Source of the DNA: an uncultured Collinsella sp.
GTDB lineage: Bacteria; Actinomycetota; Coriobacteriia; Coriobacteriales; Coriobacteriaceae
Reading direction: 5' to 3'
NCBI GenBank assembly: GCA_902495525.1
Contig: CABUXL010000001.1
Span: forward strand, 27,051 to 91,050
DNA: 64,000 bases
The notes below the pieces were generated by a model. The model ran no database searches and was not told where the DNA came from. It saw only the letters and a list, made by a program, of their open reading frames with translations. Numbering within the stretch: position 1 is the first letter of the stretch; each line of letters begins with the position of its first letter. The position numbers were made by a program, and so were the translations under genes. This document shows, in pieces, positions 25,885 through 39,090 of this stretch.

Positions 25885-28800
25885 CTACTCAGCCTTATTG
25901 CGACGGTGGAAGAAGGCACCGATCGCGGCGATGATGGCTCCAAGGCCACCGACGGTCGCGACAGTCGTCACCGTTTGGTCGCCAGTGTTGGGGATCGCCG
26001 AACCGTTCTTCTTGCCGCCCTGGGCCTTGTCGCCTGCGGGCTTGCTCGTCTGGCCGCCACCGTTCGAGCCGTTGCCGGAACCCTGGTTGCCCGAACCTCC
26101 GGTGTTGCCCGAGCCGCCCTGATTGCCGGAATCGGCATCCTTGAGGCTCTCAATAGCCAGCTTGAGCTGGTCATAGGCCGCCTGGAGCTGGGTGTCGGAA
26201 GCATTCTCATCACCCAAGACGTCCTCGGCGTAGGTAATGGCATCCGTCAGGGCCTTGACAGACTCGGCCGTCTTGCCCCTGGTGTCAGTCTCCTTCGCCT
26301 GCTTGACCAGGGCCTTGAGCTGCTTCTTAGTCGGATTCTCGACCGGGGCCACCGGGGTCTTCTCGAGCGCGCCGCGGGCGCTCTCGAGCGCCCTGAGCGC
26401 CTGGTCGACCTCGTCCTGCGTGGCGTTCTCGTCGCTCAAGATGGCGCGGGCGCTCGCCAGGGCGTTCTCGAGCGCCGTCCAGGAGGCCTCGGTGTAGTCA
26501 CCGGCCTTGAGGTCGCCGGCAGCAACCTCGGCATCAACCTTTTCGATCGCGGTAGCGAGATCATCCTTCGACACCGGATCGGGAACGGCCGTACCGTAGA
26601 ACTTGAGCTCCGCCACGCTGCAGTAGGCATCGACGTCGCCACCGCCGGCGTGAATCACCTTGACGGTCACGTAGCGACCGCGCGCGGCGCCAAAGCTCAT
26701 CTGTTTCCAGTCGCCACGGTCGGTGAGTACGTGGCCGTCGTTGTCGAAGGCAAACGTACCCATCGATACGGCGGTGCCCATCTCATAACCGTCGGCAGTG
26801 TCGGAGACCAGTATCTCGGCCTCGAAGATATCGCCGTTAGTGCCGCCGTCCTGGCGCGGCAGGAATGTAACGTCGGTGAGATCGTAGTCGCGGCCCAGGT
26901 CGACACTCAGATACTGGGGCATACCGGTCCCATGGGCCCAGTCGCTGTGCCAAAGCGTCCGCTCGTCGCCGTCGAGAGCGTTGACGGCGTTGCTGCCCTC
27001 GTAGTCGGCCTCACTCGAGAAGCCGGCCACCTTGACGTTCTTGCGGTTCTCGGGCGTGTTGATGAGAATCTTCTCATCGACAGGGCGCATCTTGAGGCCG
27101 TCGATTGCCTTCTCGATCTTGGCTGTGGCGTCTGCGACATCCTTCTTGCTATAGCTGCCTTGGCCGCCGTCGAGGAGCTTCCGAGCCGCCTCGACCGCAG
27201 TGGTGAGAGCTGCATAGGAATCCTTAGTGTAGACGGACTCGCTGTAGCCCGCGGCCTTGGAAAGCGCTGCCACGAGCGCAGAGGTATCGACACCAGCCTT
27301 GACCTCGACCTCATAGGATGCGGTCTTGGAGGGGTCGAGTACCGACGCCACCGTGATCTTTGCCTTGCCGGCCTTGTTGGCACGCAGGTAGTAGCTCACG
27401 CTATCGCCAGCCTGAACAGCGGAGACGCTTACCACAGAGGGGTCGGAGCTCTCGACCGTCACATAGGGGTAGCCGGAGCTCTCAGGCGTGGCCTTGGCGT
27501 CGACGAGCGTAACGTCGCCTTCAAAGAACTCGGTCTGGTTCTTGCCTAGCTCGACACCCTCGATGGCCTCGACACCCTGCGTGTAGTTGAAGTTGACCTC
27601 ACGCAGTGTGAGCATCTGGTCACCCGATGCCTCAAGCGGCGTGACCTCGACCTTGGTCGCCTTCTTGCCCTTGTTCTCGGCAGAGAGGCCAAAGGCGTAG
27701 CGAGCCCGGAAGGAATCGTACTCCCCGCCCGCGAACTCTTGGGTCGAGCCATCCTCGAACGTCACGACAGCCTTGATCTTCTGCACGGTTCCGTTGCCAC
27801 CGTTGCGGTTAACGACCTCGACACTATCGAGTTTCGACGGCGTCTTAAATGCGAATGTCATCGTGGTGGGAAGCTTCACGTAACTCGGAAGCTTACCCTC
27901 GCTGTCCCAGTTGCCGCTCCAGTTCCATAGGAACTCAAAGCCGTTGTCGTCCTCGTTATTATCGAACAGCGCGTTATAGCTCTTCTGCTGGATAAGTTTC
28001 TCGACGTTGGTCCCGTCGTCGGTCGTGAGCTCATCGTTGGTCATCGTGATGTTGAAGGCATCCTGACCGTACTCGGCGACCGTTGGCTGAGGAACATCCG
28101 GCATCGTCACCGTGCCGTCGCTCGCAAACTCAAGCGCGTCGCATGCCGGACCGATGAGCCAAGATGTCGAGGGCAGTTCGACCTTGCCGGCGGTCTTGGC
28201 CTTGAGCTTGAAACTCGCCACCGCGCCGGTACCGTTGTAGAGCTTGCCATCGCCGCGGTTGGCAAAGGCGAGATTGATAGTCTGCGTTCTGTCCGCGAAC
28301 TGGACCTTCTCGCGAGACAGGTTCTCCATGCCGGCAGTCGAGCCGTCCTGCGCGATGCTCTCGGACACAAACTCGAACTGGTCGCTCTTGAAGTTGACGA
28401 GAGCGCCCAGGGCGTTGACGTTCTTAGCGTCGGCCGCATAGACATCAACGGTGATCTCATCACCGGCCTCGACCTCGGTCTTGCTCGGAATCACCGCGAG
28501 CGAACCTGCGACCTTGCCCTTTTGTTTAGTGCCGCCGTCAAGACCCGCCATGGTGAACGAGTAATCGTACACGTCGTAAACGCCGTTATCGTTGAGGTCA
28601 GCAAAGTGGTCGCGGATCTGCGAGTTGAACGTCGAGGCATCGGACCCACGGTTCTCGAGACCCAGATAGTTCTTCATGTTGGAGTAGTCGCCATCGGAGA
28701 TCGTTGCCTTGTTGAGGTTGGAGCCCACGGCGAAGCCATCCGTGCCGTCGGTCTTGTAGATGGCGATCTCGGACGCGGAGAAGAAATTGCCGACCGAGGC

Positions 28801-31800
28801 GAGCGGCGTCATACGCACGTAGCGTGCGGCCACGGCGCCGTCGAACGCCACCGTCTTACAGGCGGCGGAGCGCTCCCAATCGACTTCCTGGGTGGTCCAA
28901 TGCGTGCCGTCGAGGCTCGTCTCGATGCGCATCTTGGTCACGGTGCCATTGCCGGCGTCGTCACGCGGATAGTACTCGAGCTTGTCAAGCTTGTAGGCCT
29001 TGCCGTAATCGACCGTCAGGGCCTTGCCCAGATCGTTGCCACCGGAGTGGAAACCGCCGTCGCCCGACTGGAACTCATGGTCGAAGGCGAGATCGGCCTT
29101 GTGGCTGCTATAGAGCGAGCCCTCCCAAGTGATCTTCTCAGCTGTGGGGACGTTGCGCCACGGGTCGAGCGCGGAGCTCGCCTCGAGCACGTCACTCCAG
29201 GCGGAGTAGCCATCGGCGTTGCGCGAACGAATCTGGTAGGTATGCTTGCTGTTGTAGGCAAGGTCGGCATGCGTAAACTCCGCCGCATCGCCCACGGCGA
29301 ACACGGTACCGTCTACCTTAAGGTCGTAGGAGGTAGCACCATCGACCTTTCCCCAGGTGAGCTTGATGCTCGTGGGGGTGGTGGCATCCTCGGGAGCGGC
29401 AAGGTTCGCGGGTGCGGAGAGGTTCTCGTTGAGGCGGTCGACGGCCAGCGTGGCATCGGCGTTCACGAAGCCGCCGAGTGCGAGCGTCTGCGCCGCTGCA
29501 GCGACATCGGTCTTCGCGAACTTGACGTAGACCTTGGGGTTCGTGGTGATCTTGGTGTTGTTGAAGCTCTCGCCCTGCTCGGCCTCGGTGCTGTCTGCAT
29601 CACTGCCGTAGTGGTTGAGGTTGGGGGTCTCGTTGTAGAAGTAGACCGCCTGGCCGGCCTCGGGGTTCGCGGCGTCAAAGGCCTCCTGCGAGTTGACCTC
29701 AACCACGTTGAGCGCGGAGCCACCGTTCTTGGCGACGACGCTCGTGGGCTTGGCGGACACGTTGGCCACGAAGGTCGTGGTGCGGTTGGAGTCGTAGCCG
29801 TTGTAGCCACCCTGCGAGGCTTCGGCGGTAAAGGTCGCGGTGCCGCCCGTGGCCTTGGAGCTGTAGACGGTACTCACATGCTCGCCGTAGGAGATATTGT
29901 CGATCGTGCCGTAGGCATCGTCCTCGGTCGTGTTGTTCTGGATGGAAGAGCCGTCGTCCTCGTACTGCGTAAAGGTGCCGTCACCCTCGGTGGCGAAGAA
30001 CTCGACGATACGCTGGCTGCGGTCGGTACCCTTGGTGTTGGTGTCGCTCACGGCCTCGGGGTTGTTGTTCTCGGCATACATCGGCACGATGGCGTTGGCC
30101 TTCACAAACAGCGGCAGCTTCCAAAGCGGCGCATCGTAGTTGTTGAGGACCTGGCCGCCGCGGTACTGCTTACCCGAGAAGTAGTCAATCCAGATGGTGG
30201 GATTCTCGTCGGTGCCGTAGTTGGGAAGGTAGATACCATTGCGAACGTCGTTGCCGTTCTCATCTGCCTGGGTATCCTGATACACCGGTGCCACCAGGAA
30301 GTTCTCACCAAACATGTACTGATACTGCGTCGAGGTGCTTGCGGCGTACTCGGAGTTGTCGGAGAGCAGCATGGCGCGGATCATGGGCAGGCCGGTATCG
30401 CCGTTGCCCGTGTCGATGTTGGCCGCCGAGGCCGCGCTCGTGTAGATATAGGGCATGAGTTGCGCCTTGAGCTTGAGGTAAAAGCGCGAAATGCCCGTGT
30501 AGGGATCGCCGTGCGTCATGGGCGACTTGCGGTAGGTGCCCCAGCCGTCCATATCGAGCATAGAGGGCGTGAACGTCTTCCACTGGTAGTCGCGCGCGGA
30601 GATGATGGGGTCGCCACCAAAGATGCCGTCCATATCGGAGCCGATGTTGGGGTTGCCCGAGAGGCTCTGACCGATATACGTGGGGATGTGGAAGCGGATG
30701 TACTCCCAGTTGCCGCCGTACTGATCGCCGGTCCAGATGCCACCAAAGCGCTGCGTGCCGGCCCAACCGTCAAGCGTGATGATGTTGGGGCGCTTGTTGG
30801 CACCGGTCGTCACCGTATCGTAGGCCGTCTTGATGCCGTTGAGGCCAAAGGAGTAGCCAGAGCCCACCCAAGCGACGTCGGTCTTGAGGGTGGTAATGCC
30901 GCCCGTCTTGACCTCGGCGGCGAAACCGCGAAGCAAACGCCACGGGGTCTCGGAGTTGCTGTCAGGCTCCAGGTTAGACTGGGTCCACAGACCCGTGCTC
31001 ACACCCTTGGAGTTAGCATACTCGGTAAACTTCTTAAGGTTGTCGACGTTGGCACGCACGGCGTTGAGGCGCTCGGCTGAACTCGTTCCGTCGGAGTTGA
31101 CGCCGCCGGTCTTGTAATAACCGTTCTGGCCATAGCCGGCACCGTATCCGTCGTTCGGCAGGAACCAGCCGAGCGGCATGTCGTTGTCCTCGTAGTCATC
31201 GATAACCTGCTGGGCGGAGAACTGGCGGTCGAAATCGGTCGCCTTCATGTTCTCGGTATCGACCGTGGGGCCCTCTCCGTTGAGCGTCTCGGCGGCAAGC
31301 GTGCCGTCGAGCTTGTAGCCCGTCGACATGCCGGACTCGTATTTAACGTTGCCCTTCTCACTCGAAGGCTTGCTGCCCTTGGTCTCCCACTTCTTCTGAC
31401 CCGAGGTCGTTGACCAGCCATCACGGTTGTAGGCATTAAGGTGACCCAGGTAGAAACCGTACTCGGGCAGCAGTACCGGATTGCCGGTCACCTTGTAGTA
31501 GTCCTGCAGCATCTCGGTCGCCACGTTCGAGGCGCCCGTTTCGGTTGCCACGAAGTAATAGGCATCGAACTCATTCTCGCTGTGCGAGGTCGTGACCGTC
31601 GAGGAGTCCGTAGAGCCAAAGTCGTAAGAACCCTCGGCAAAGGTGTTGCGAAGCACGCCGTAGCCGTCGCTCGTCCAGTAGAACGGGTTGGGCGAGGCGA
31701 CGCCGCCGTCGGTCCAGTTATTAGTGTTGGAGATGGCGATGGTCTGGTTGGTGTGCAAGAAGCGCCCATTCTGGGTGCCACCGCCAAAGAAGTTCTCGGA

Positions 31801-32316
31801 CTTCTCCTTGGCGAGTGTCTGGACAGTACCCTTCTTATCAAGGTCGAGGGATGCGGACTCGGAGACCACGACGCGGTCGCCCGATTTAATGCTCATCTTG
31901 CCGGTCGCCTTGTCCAGAACCACGGTCGCCTTGCCGCCGGTGATCTCGATAGCGTCGCCTTTGTCGACAACCGTTGCGCTCGGCTTGCTGTAGGTGTCCG
32001 AGGTGTCGGGCTGGGCCTGAATCTTAGCCGTGTGGGACTTGCTACGCGGCGTGGCGTACTCGGAAAACTCGCCTTTGGGGTCGACGTTGTAACGGAAAAT
32101 GCCGTCCTCTAGAAATGTGATACGCCCCTTAATGCCGTCGGCGAAATCGATGTCGACGACGTTCGAGGCTGACTGGGAAACGGTCGCCGAGTCGACGCCC
32201 TTGAGCGGCGTGGCAATCGCCTGCTGGGGGCTGGCGAACACGAGAGTCGCCGCTGTTGCGACGAGAACCGCGCTTCCCTTCACCCACCGTTTCGTGAAAA
32301 TGGAATTCCTACGCAC
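25885..32316 (-). CDS. Cell-wall-anchored multimodular GH31 glycoside hydrolase (probable alpha-N-acetylgalactosaminidase type) with FN3, F5/8 (CBM32), cohesin/dockerin-like, Ig and FIVAR modules
   Basis: Signal peptide, FFGGGTQNGRF, LPNDGYG, KTDVAWVG, WTGDQ, QYMFGENFLVAPV, YPRDD/LPRQD F5/8 motifs, IPNTG + TM + basic tail. Confidence 0.88.
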   Translation of the reverse strand: MRRNSIFTKRWVKGSAVLVATAATLVFASPQQAIATPLKGVDSATVSQSASNVVDIDFADGIKGRITFLEDGIFRYNVDPKGEFSEYATPRSKSHTAKIQAQPDTSDTYSKPSATVVDKGDAIEITGGKATVVLDKATGKMSIKSGDRVVVSESASLDLDKKGTVQTLAKEKSENFFGGGTQNGRFLHTNQTIAISNTNNWTDGGVASPNPFYWTSDGYGVLRNTFAEGSYDFGSTDSSTVTTSHSENEFDAYYFVATETGASNVATEMLQDYYKVTGNPVLLPEYGFYLGHLNAYNRDGWSTTSGQKKWETKGSKPSSEKGNVKYESGMSTGYKLDGTLAAETLNGEGPTVDTENMKATDFDRQFSAQQVIDDYEDNDMPLGWFLPNDGYGAGYGQNGYYKTGGVNSDGTSSAERLNAVRANVDNLKKFTEYANSKGVSTGLWTQSNLEPDSNSETPWRLLRGFAAEVKTGGITTLKTDVAWVGSGYSFGLNGIKTAYDTVTTGANKRPNIITLDGWAGTQRFGGIWTGDQYGGNWEYIRFHIPTYIGQSLSGNPNIGSDMDGIFGGDPIISARDYQWKTFTPSMLDMDGWGTYRKSPMTHGDPYTGISRFYLKLKAQLMPYIYTSAASAANIDTGNGDTGLPMIRAMLLSDNSEYAASTSTQYQYMFGENFLVAPVYQDTQADENGNDVRNGIYLPNYGTDENPTIWIDYFSGKQYRGGQVLNNYDAPLWKLPLFVKANAIVPMYAENNNPEAVSDTNTKGTDRSQRIVEFFATEGDGTFTQYEDDGSSIQNNTTEDDAYGTIDNISYGEHVSTVYSSKATGGTATFTAEASQGGYNGYDSNRTTTFVANVSAKPTSVVAKNGGSALNVVEVNSQEAFDAANPEAGQAVYFYNETPNLNHYGSDADSTEAEQGESFNNTKITTNPKVYVKFAKTDVAAAAQTLALGGFVNADATLAVDRLNENLSAPANLAAPEDATTPTSIKLTWGKVDGATSYDLKVDGTVFAVGDAAEFTHADLAYNSKHTYQIRSRNADGYSAWSDVLEASSALDPWRNVPTAEKITWEGSLYSSHKADLAFDHEFQSGDGGFHSGGNDLGKALTVDYGKAYKLDKLEYYPRDDAGNGTVTKMRIETSLDGTHWTTQEVDWERSAACKTVAFDGAVAARYVRMTPLASVGNFFSASEIAIYKTDGTDGFAVGSNLNKATISDGDYSNMKNYLGLENRGSDASTFNSQIRDHFADLNDNGVYDVYDYSFTMAGLDGGTKQKGKVAGSLAVIPSKTEVEAGDEITVDVYAADAKNVNALGALVNFKSDQFEFVSESIAQDGSTAGMENLSREKVQFADRTQTINLAFANRGDGKLYNGTGAVASFKLKAKTAGKVELPSTSWLIGPACDALEFASDGTVTMPDVPQPTVAEYGQDAFNITMTNDELTTDDGTNVEKLIQQKSYNALFDNNEDDNGFEFLWNWSGNWDSEGKLPSYVKLPTTMTFAFKTPSKLDSVEVVNRNGGNGTVQKIKAVVTFEDGSTQEFAGGEYDSFRARYAFGLSAENKGKKATKVEVTPLEASGDQMLTLREVNFNYTQGVEAIEGVELGKNQTEFFEGDVTLVDAKATPESSGYPYVTVESSDPSVVSVSAVQAGDSVSYYLRANKAGKAKITVASVLDPSKTASYEVEVKAGVDTSALVAALSKAAGYSESVYTKDSYAALTTAVEAARKLLDGGQGSYSKKDVADATAKIEKAIDGLKMRPVDEKILINTPENRKNVKVAGFSSEADYEGSNAVNALDGDERTLWHSDWAHGTGMPQYLSVDLGRDYDLTDVTFLPRQDGGTNGDIFEAEILVSDTADGYEMGTAVSMGTFAFDNDGHVLTDRGDWKQMSFGAARGRYVTVKVIHAGGGDVDAYCSVAELKFYGTAVPDPVSKDDLATAIEKVDAEVAAGDLKAGDYTEASWTALENALASARAILSDENATQDEVDQALRALESARGALEKTPVAPVENPTKKQLKALVKQAKETDTRGKTAESVKALTDAITYAEDVLGDENASDTQLQAAYDQLKLAIESLKDADSGNQGGSGNTGGSGNQGSGNGSNGGGQTSKPAGDKAQGGKKNGSAIPNTGDQTVTTVATVGGLGAIIAAIGAFFHRRNKAE

Positions 32317-32697
32317 CTGGACTCCTTCCCTCCGACATGCGGAAGTGTCGCGGACGCGCGCCCTGCAGCATGGGCGAACGCATCAAACGGGGGGGGTGTT
32401 CGGTACATTCCGTACAATTGGCCCACCCGTTACCAAGGGGTCAACTGGTAGTAACCAGATAGCCACCTATTAGGTTGAATCAGCATACAGGAGCAGTTGC
32501 GCAACCAAGTTCGAAATTCTCCCAGCGGCATTAAAATGAACGTAGACGGCTAAGTGGGGTCCAAAAGCCATACCAATTGGTTCTTCAACCAAATACCAAT
32601 TAAGCAAAAATGTACTGTTTATCTGGTATTACATAGACCATACCTTTACGTACGTTGGCTGACTTTGGGCTTAAATGAGCAATCGACAGAGGGTGGT

Positions 32698-32898
32698 GGA
32701 CAGTTAGTTCAGATATGTATTTTTTGGCGGTGCTAATTGGCGCTAACAAACTGGTTTGGGCCGCTTTAGACCCGATAATAGGTCCTTCTCGCTCTTGCCC
32801 GTACGCCTTTATCAGTTCAGACCACCTAAAACAGCTCAATCGAGCCCAAATCGCCCTCCACGCGGCCTCAAATAAATACAAATCTGAACTAACTGTCC
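32698..32898. repeat. About 200-bp element with ~28-bp terminal inverted repeats (MITE-like)
   Basis: GGACAGTTAGTTCAGATATGTATTTTTT versus the reverse complement of the right end, GGACAGTTAGTTCAGATTTGTATTTATT. Confidence 0.65.
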
Positions 32899-33014
32899 AA
32901 GAGGAGTGCCCCACGGATAGGAAAAGGCTCTGGCGAATCCTCTAATCGCCAGAGCCTTGCCAAAACCCGTGTGTCTGGAGCACATCGCCGCATACCAGTC
33001 TTTCACCCATGAAG

Positions 33015-33365
33015 CTAGAGATTTTCTTCCGCCCACTTCTCAAAATCAACCGCTCGCCTTTGGGCAGTTCGGTACACTTCCATGTCTTCGCGAGCGCCCA
33101 CCACGACGATGGCCATTTTCCCTTTTATCTTGATGAGGCGATACACAATCCGAATGCCACTTCCTCTGAGCTTGATTTTCATAAAGCCTGTCAAATCTGT
33201 ACCGGCCTTGTTTCCAAGGGGTTTACCGAATCCGCCTTCGTTCTGCGACAATGGATTCGCTCTGATTTTCTCGATGGCCTTAAGCACGTTCTTTCGTTGG
33301 GAGCCGTCCAGACGCTTAACATCCTTGAGAGCATCCGGGTAGAAAGCGACTTCGTACCCGCTCAT
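33015..33365 (-). CDS. RelE/ParE-family toxin
   Basis: YEVAFYPDALKDVKRLD...GKPLG...KIKLRGSGIRIVY...VGARED; ATGA overlap with the antitoxin. Confidence 0.9.
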   Translation of the reverse strand: MSGYEVAFYPDALKDVKRLDGSQRKNVLKAIEKIRANPLSQNEGGFGKPLGNKAGTDLTGFMKIKLRGSGIRIVYRLIKIKGKMAIVVVGAREDMEVYRTAQRRAVDFEKWAEENL

Positions 33366-33682
33366 TCAAACTCGACCTCATCCATCTGATCGAGTTCGTC
33401 CTGGCCCACACCCAACTCTGCCATAACATCAGATAGGGAAACGAGTTCATCATCGCTTGTCGCAGCCGTCCTCTTAAGGGCCAACGTCAACAAGGCGAGG
33501 TCCTCCTCCGCCTGCTTCGCCTCCCTGTATTCATCGGGCGTCACAATAACGAATGCCGGCTTATTGTGTTTAAGGACCACAACGGGATTATCGTCCCCAA
33601 CCTTCGAAAAAGCAGCCGAACCCTTACCGTGACTGAAATCGCTGATGGGAACAAGATTGTCGAGCATCTTTAAAGCAGGCAT
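33362..33682 (-). CDS. Phd/YefM-family antitoxin
   Basis: LVPISDFSHG...PVVVLKHNKPAFVIVTPDEY; GGAGG RBS. Confidence 0.88.
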   Translation of the reverse strand: MPALKMLDNLVPISDFSHGKGSAAFSKVGDDNPVVVLKHNKPAFVIVTPDEYREAKQAEEDLALLTLALKRTAATSDDELVSLSDVMAELGVGQDELDQMDEVEFE

Positions 33683-33916
33683 CGAGACCTCCAAATATAA
33701 AGTCTTTTATGCATTCATTTTAGCATGCAGAAAATACCAGCAATCACGGAATGGTGACACGGACGAGGCATCGCTTTCCACCAACCGTTGATCATCGACC
33801 GAGCAAAATATCCCGCCAAGAGATTGAGCGAGGATTCCGTCCTTCGAAGAGGGCCGTATTGGCCTCCTCGCGGGACGAAATTCTCGCTCGTTCGTTTCAG
33901 CCCGCGTCATCGCGTG

Positions 33917-35128
33917 CTAGACGGCCAGCTCGCCTGATTCACCCATAAGCCATCGTGCCAGGTCGACGACCTTGATGCCATCCCAATCAGTCGTTTCGTG
34001 CCCTGTTCGGGCGATGACGCACTTGGGATAGGCGTCTCGAATCCGTCGCAGCGGATCAAGCTCACGCTCCAGCGTCGCTTCTTGGGAAATGTCGTCACTC
34101 ACCTGGATATAGACACGGCGGTCGCGCCTGATGGCGACAAAGTCTACTTCCTTTTGGTAGAGAACGCCGACGTAGACTTCCCATCCGCGGCGCATAAGCT
34201 CGATTGCCACCATATTCTCGTAAACATGGCCAAAATCGAGCTTTTTCGTGCCAAGCGCGGCGTAGCGAAACGAATGGTCGGCCAGGTAGTATTTATCTCC
34301 CGTCGACAGGTATTTCTTTCCTGAGACGTCAAAGCGACGAAACCGGTAGAACGCAAACGCATTACACAGGTAGTCGATATACACAGCCAGCGTCTTGTCG
34401 CTTATCTTAAGGTTCGCTCGTGAAAGCTCGGCCGCCATCCCCTTGAGAGAAGAGATGTTTCCGACGTTATCCATCAGGAACTCGCAGGAACGTTTAAGCT
34501 GCTCCGCATTACGTATACGATATTTTTGTCTGATGTCGCGCAGGATAAGAGTTTCAAGCACATCCGAGATGTATGAGAAACGCATCCTTTCGTCCTGGTA
34601 GATATAGGAACCCGGCATTCCTCCCTCGCGGACATAGCGAGCAAGGGCCTCGGCTGGAGAAGTGATCTCGTGATACGCCGAGAACTCCGCAAGTGAAAAC
34701 GGAAAGACCTCGATCTCCACCGTTCTTCCCGTGAACAACGTCGAGAGGTCGCTTGAGAGAAGAAAGGCGTTCGACCCCGTGATGTAAATGTCATATTTCT
34801 CTGACGCATGAAGACTGTTGATAGCCCGCTCGAACCCTTCACACATCTGGACCTCGTCGATCATGACGATATTCCGGCAACCCTCAATATAGTGCTTTTC
34901 CACATATGTATGCAGCGCATGGTATTCCGCCAACGGCTCGAACTCAAGTAGATTGAAGTTGACGTGTATGACGTTGGCCGAGGGGTCGTTTGAATGAAGT
35001 TGGCTGGCAAACGCCTCAAGCAATTTCGATTTTCCGCATCGCCTGATTCCGGTGATCACCTTGATATCAGGCGTACCTGCCACCTTGGAAAGCTTGCTCA
35101 TGTAGAACGGGCGATTAATAAGTCTCAT
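33917..35128 (-). CDS. AAA_14-type ATPase with a DUF4143-type C-terminal domain
   Basis: ITGIRRCGKS, MIDEVQ, ITGSNA, KYYLAD, YENMV, EVDFV...YIQV. Confidence 0.9.
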   Translation of the reverse strand: MRLINRPFYMSKLSKVAGTPDIKVITGIRRCGKSKLLEAFASQLHSNDPSANVIHVNFNLLEFEPLAEYHALHTYVEKHYIEGCRNIVMIDEVQMCEGFERAINSLHASEKYDIYITGSNAFLLSSDLSTLFTGRTVEIEVFPFSLAEFSAYHEITSPAEALARYVREGGMPGSYIYQDERMRFSYISDVLETLILRDIRQKYRIRNAEQLKRSCEFLMDNVGNISSLKGMAAELSRANLKISDKTLAVYIDYLCNAFAFYRFRRFDVSGKKYLSTGDKYYLADHSFRYAALGTKKLDFGHVYENMVAIELMRRGWEVYVGVLYQKEVDFVAIRRDRRVYIQVSDDISQEATLERELDPLRRIRDAYPKCVIARTGHETTDWDGIKVVDLARWLMGESGELAV

Positions 35129-35160
35129 GGCAATCCACTTCGCAAAATTAAGATTAACTG

Positions 35161-35200
35161 AAAAACGCGAAGTACAATATATCATCTACTTCGCGTTTTT
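35161..35200. promoter_or_regulatory. Palindromic putative operator upstream of the AAA ATPase
   Basis: AAAAACGCGAAGTA-N12-TACTTCGCGTTTTT; additional TTCGC half-sites nearby. Confidence 0.6.
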
Positions 35201-35395
35201 GAGAAATCCTAGATTTCGCGTAATTATGTTCGCCAAGCTATCGCAAACCCGACACGGGTGAGATCTCCGCCTGATTGACCCTGCGCAGCAGTCCGAAGCG
35301 AAAGACGCGAGTCCTCAGACCGCTCCGGTAAAGTGAGGGCCGCGACGGTTACCGCGGCCCTCTTGAGAAACGTGTGCGATTGTCAATCGCTCGCG

Positions 35396-35626
35396 CTAGT
35401 CTTCCTTGCGGCGGAAACGAGCAAGAAAGACTCCGATTGCGGCGATCGCGGCACCCAGGCCGCCGATCGCGGCGACGGTCGCCACCGTTTGATCACCGGT
35501 GCTCGCAAGTGAGTTAGCGGACTTGCCACCCTGAGCCTTGTCACCAGCGGGCTTTCCCGCCTGGGCGCCATCGTTCGAACCGCCGGATGTCTGCCCACCG
35601 TTGCCGGAACCCTGATTGCCACCGGA
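35396..35626 (-). pseudogene. Orphan C-terminal sorting-signal remnant paralogous to the GH31 tail
   Basis: GNQGSGNG...KPAGDKAQGGK...LASTGDQTVATVAAIGGLGAAIAAIG matches GH31 KPAGDKAQGGK...IPNTGDQTVTTVATVGGLGAIIAAIG. No credible N-terminus. Confidence 0.8.
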
Positions 35627-35672
35627 CGCACAAAGCCCCTTCTGCAGTACACGGTACAGCCAAGTCACCGCA

Positions 35673-35762
35673 GGCCGGGGCGGGGGAGCCGAATTTCCCA
35701 CTGAGCGACTCTGCTTGCAGCCGGAGCGAAAGGGGGAAATCTCGGCCCCTCCCGCCCCGGCC
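35673..35762. repeat. Hairpin element, family B, copy 2 (opposite orientation)
   Basis: GC-rich imperfect stem; the loop reverse complement TTCGCTCCGGCTGCAAGCAGAGTCGCTCAG matches 25720-25750. Confidence 0.8.
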
Positions 35763-35774
35763 GGACAGGTCAGT

Positions 35775-39089
<3,315 letters not shown>

Positions 39090-39090
39090 G

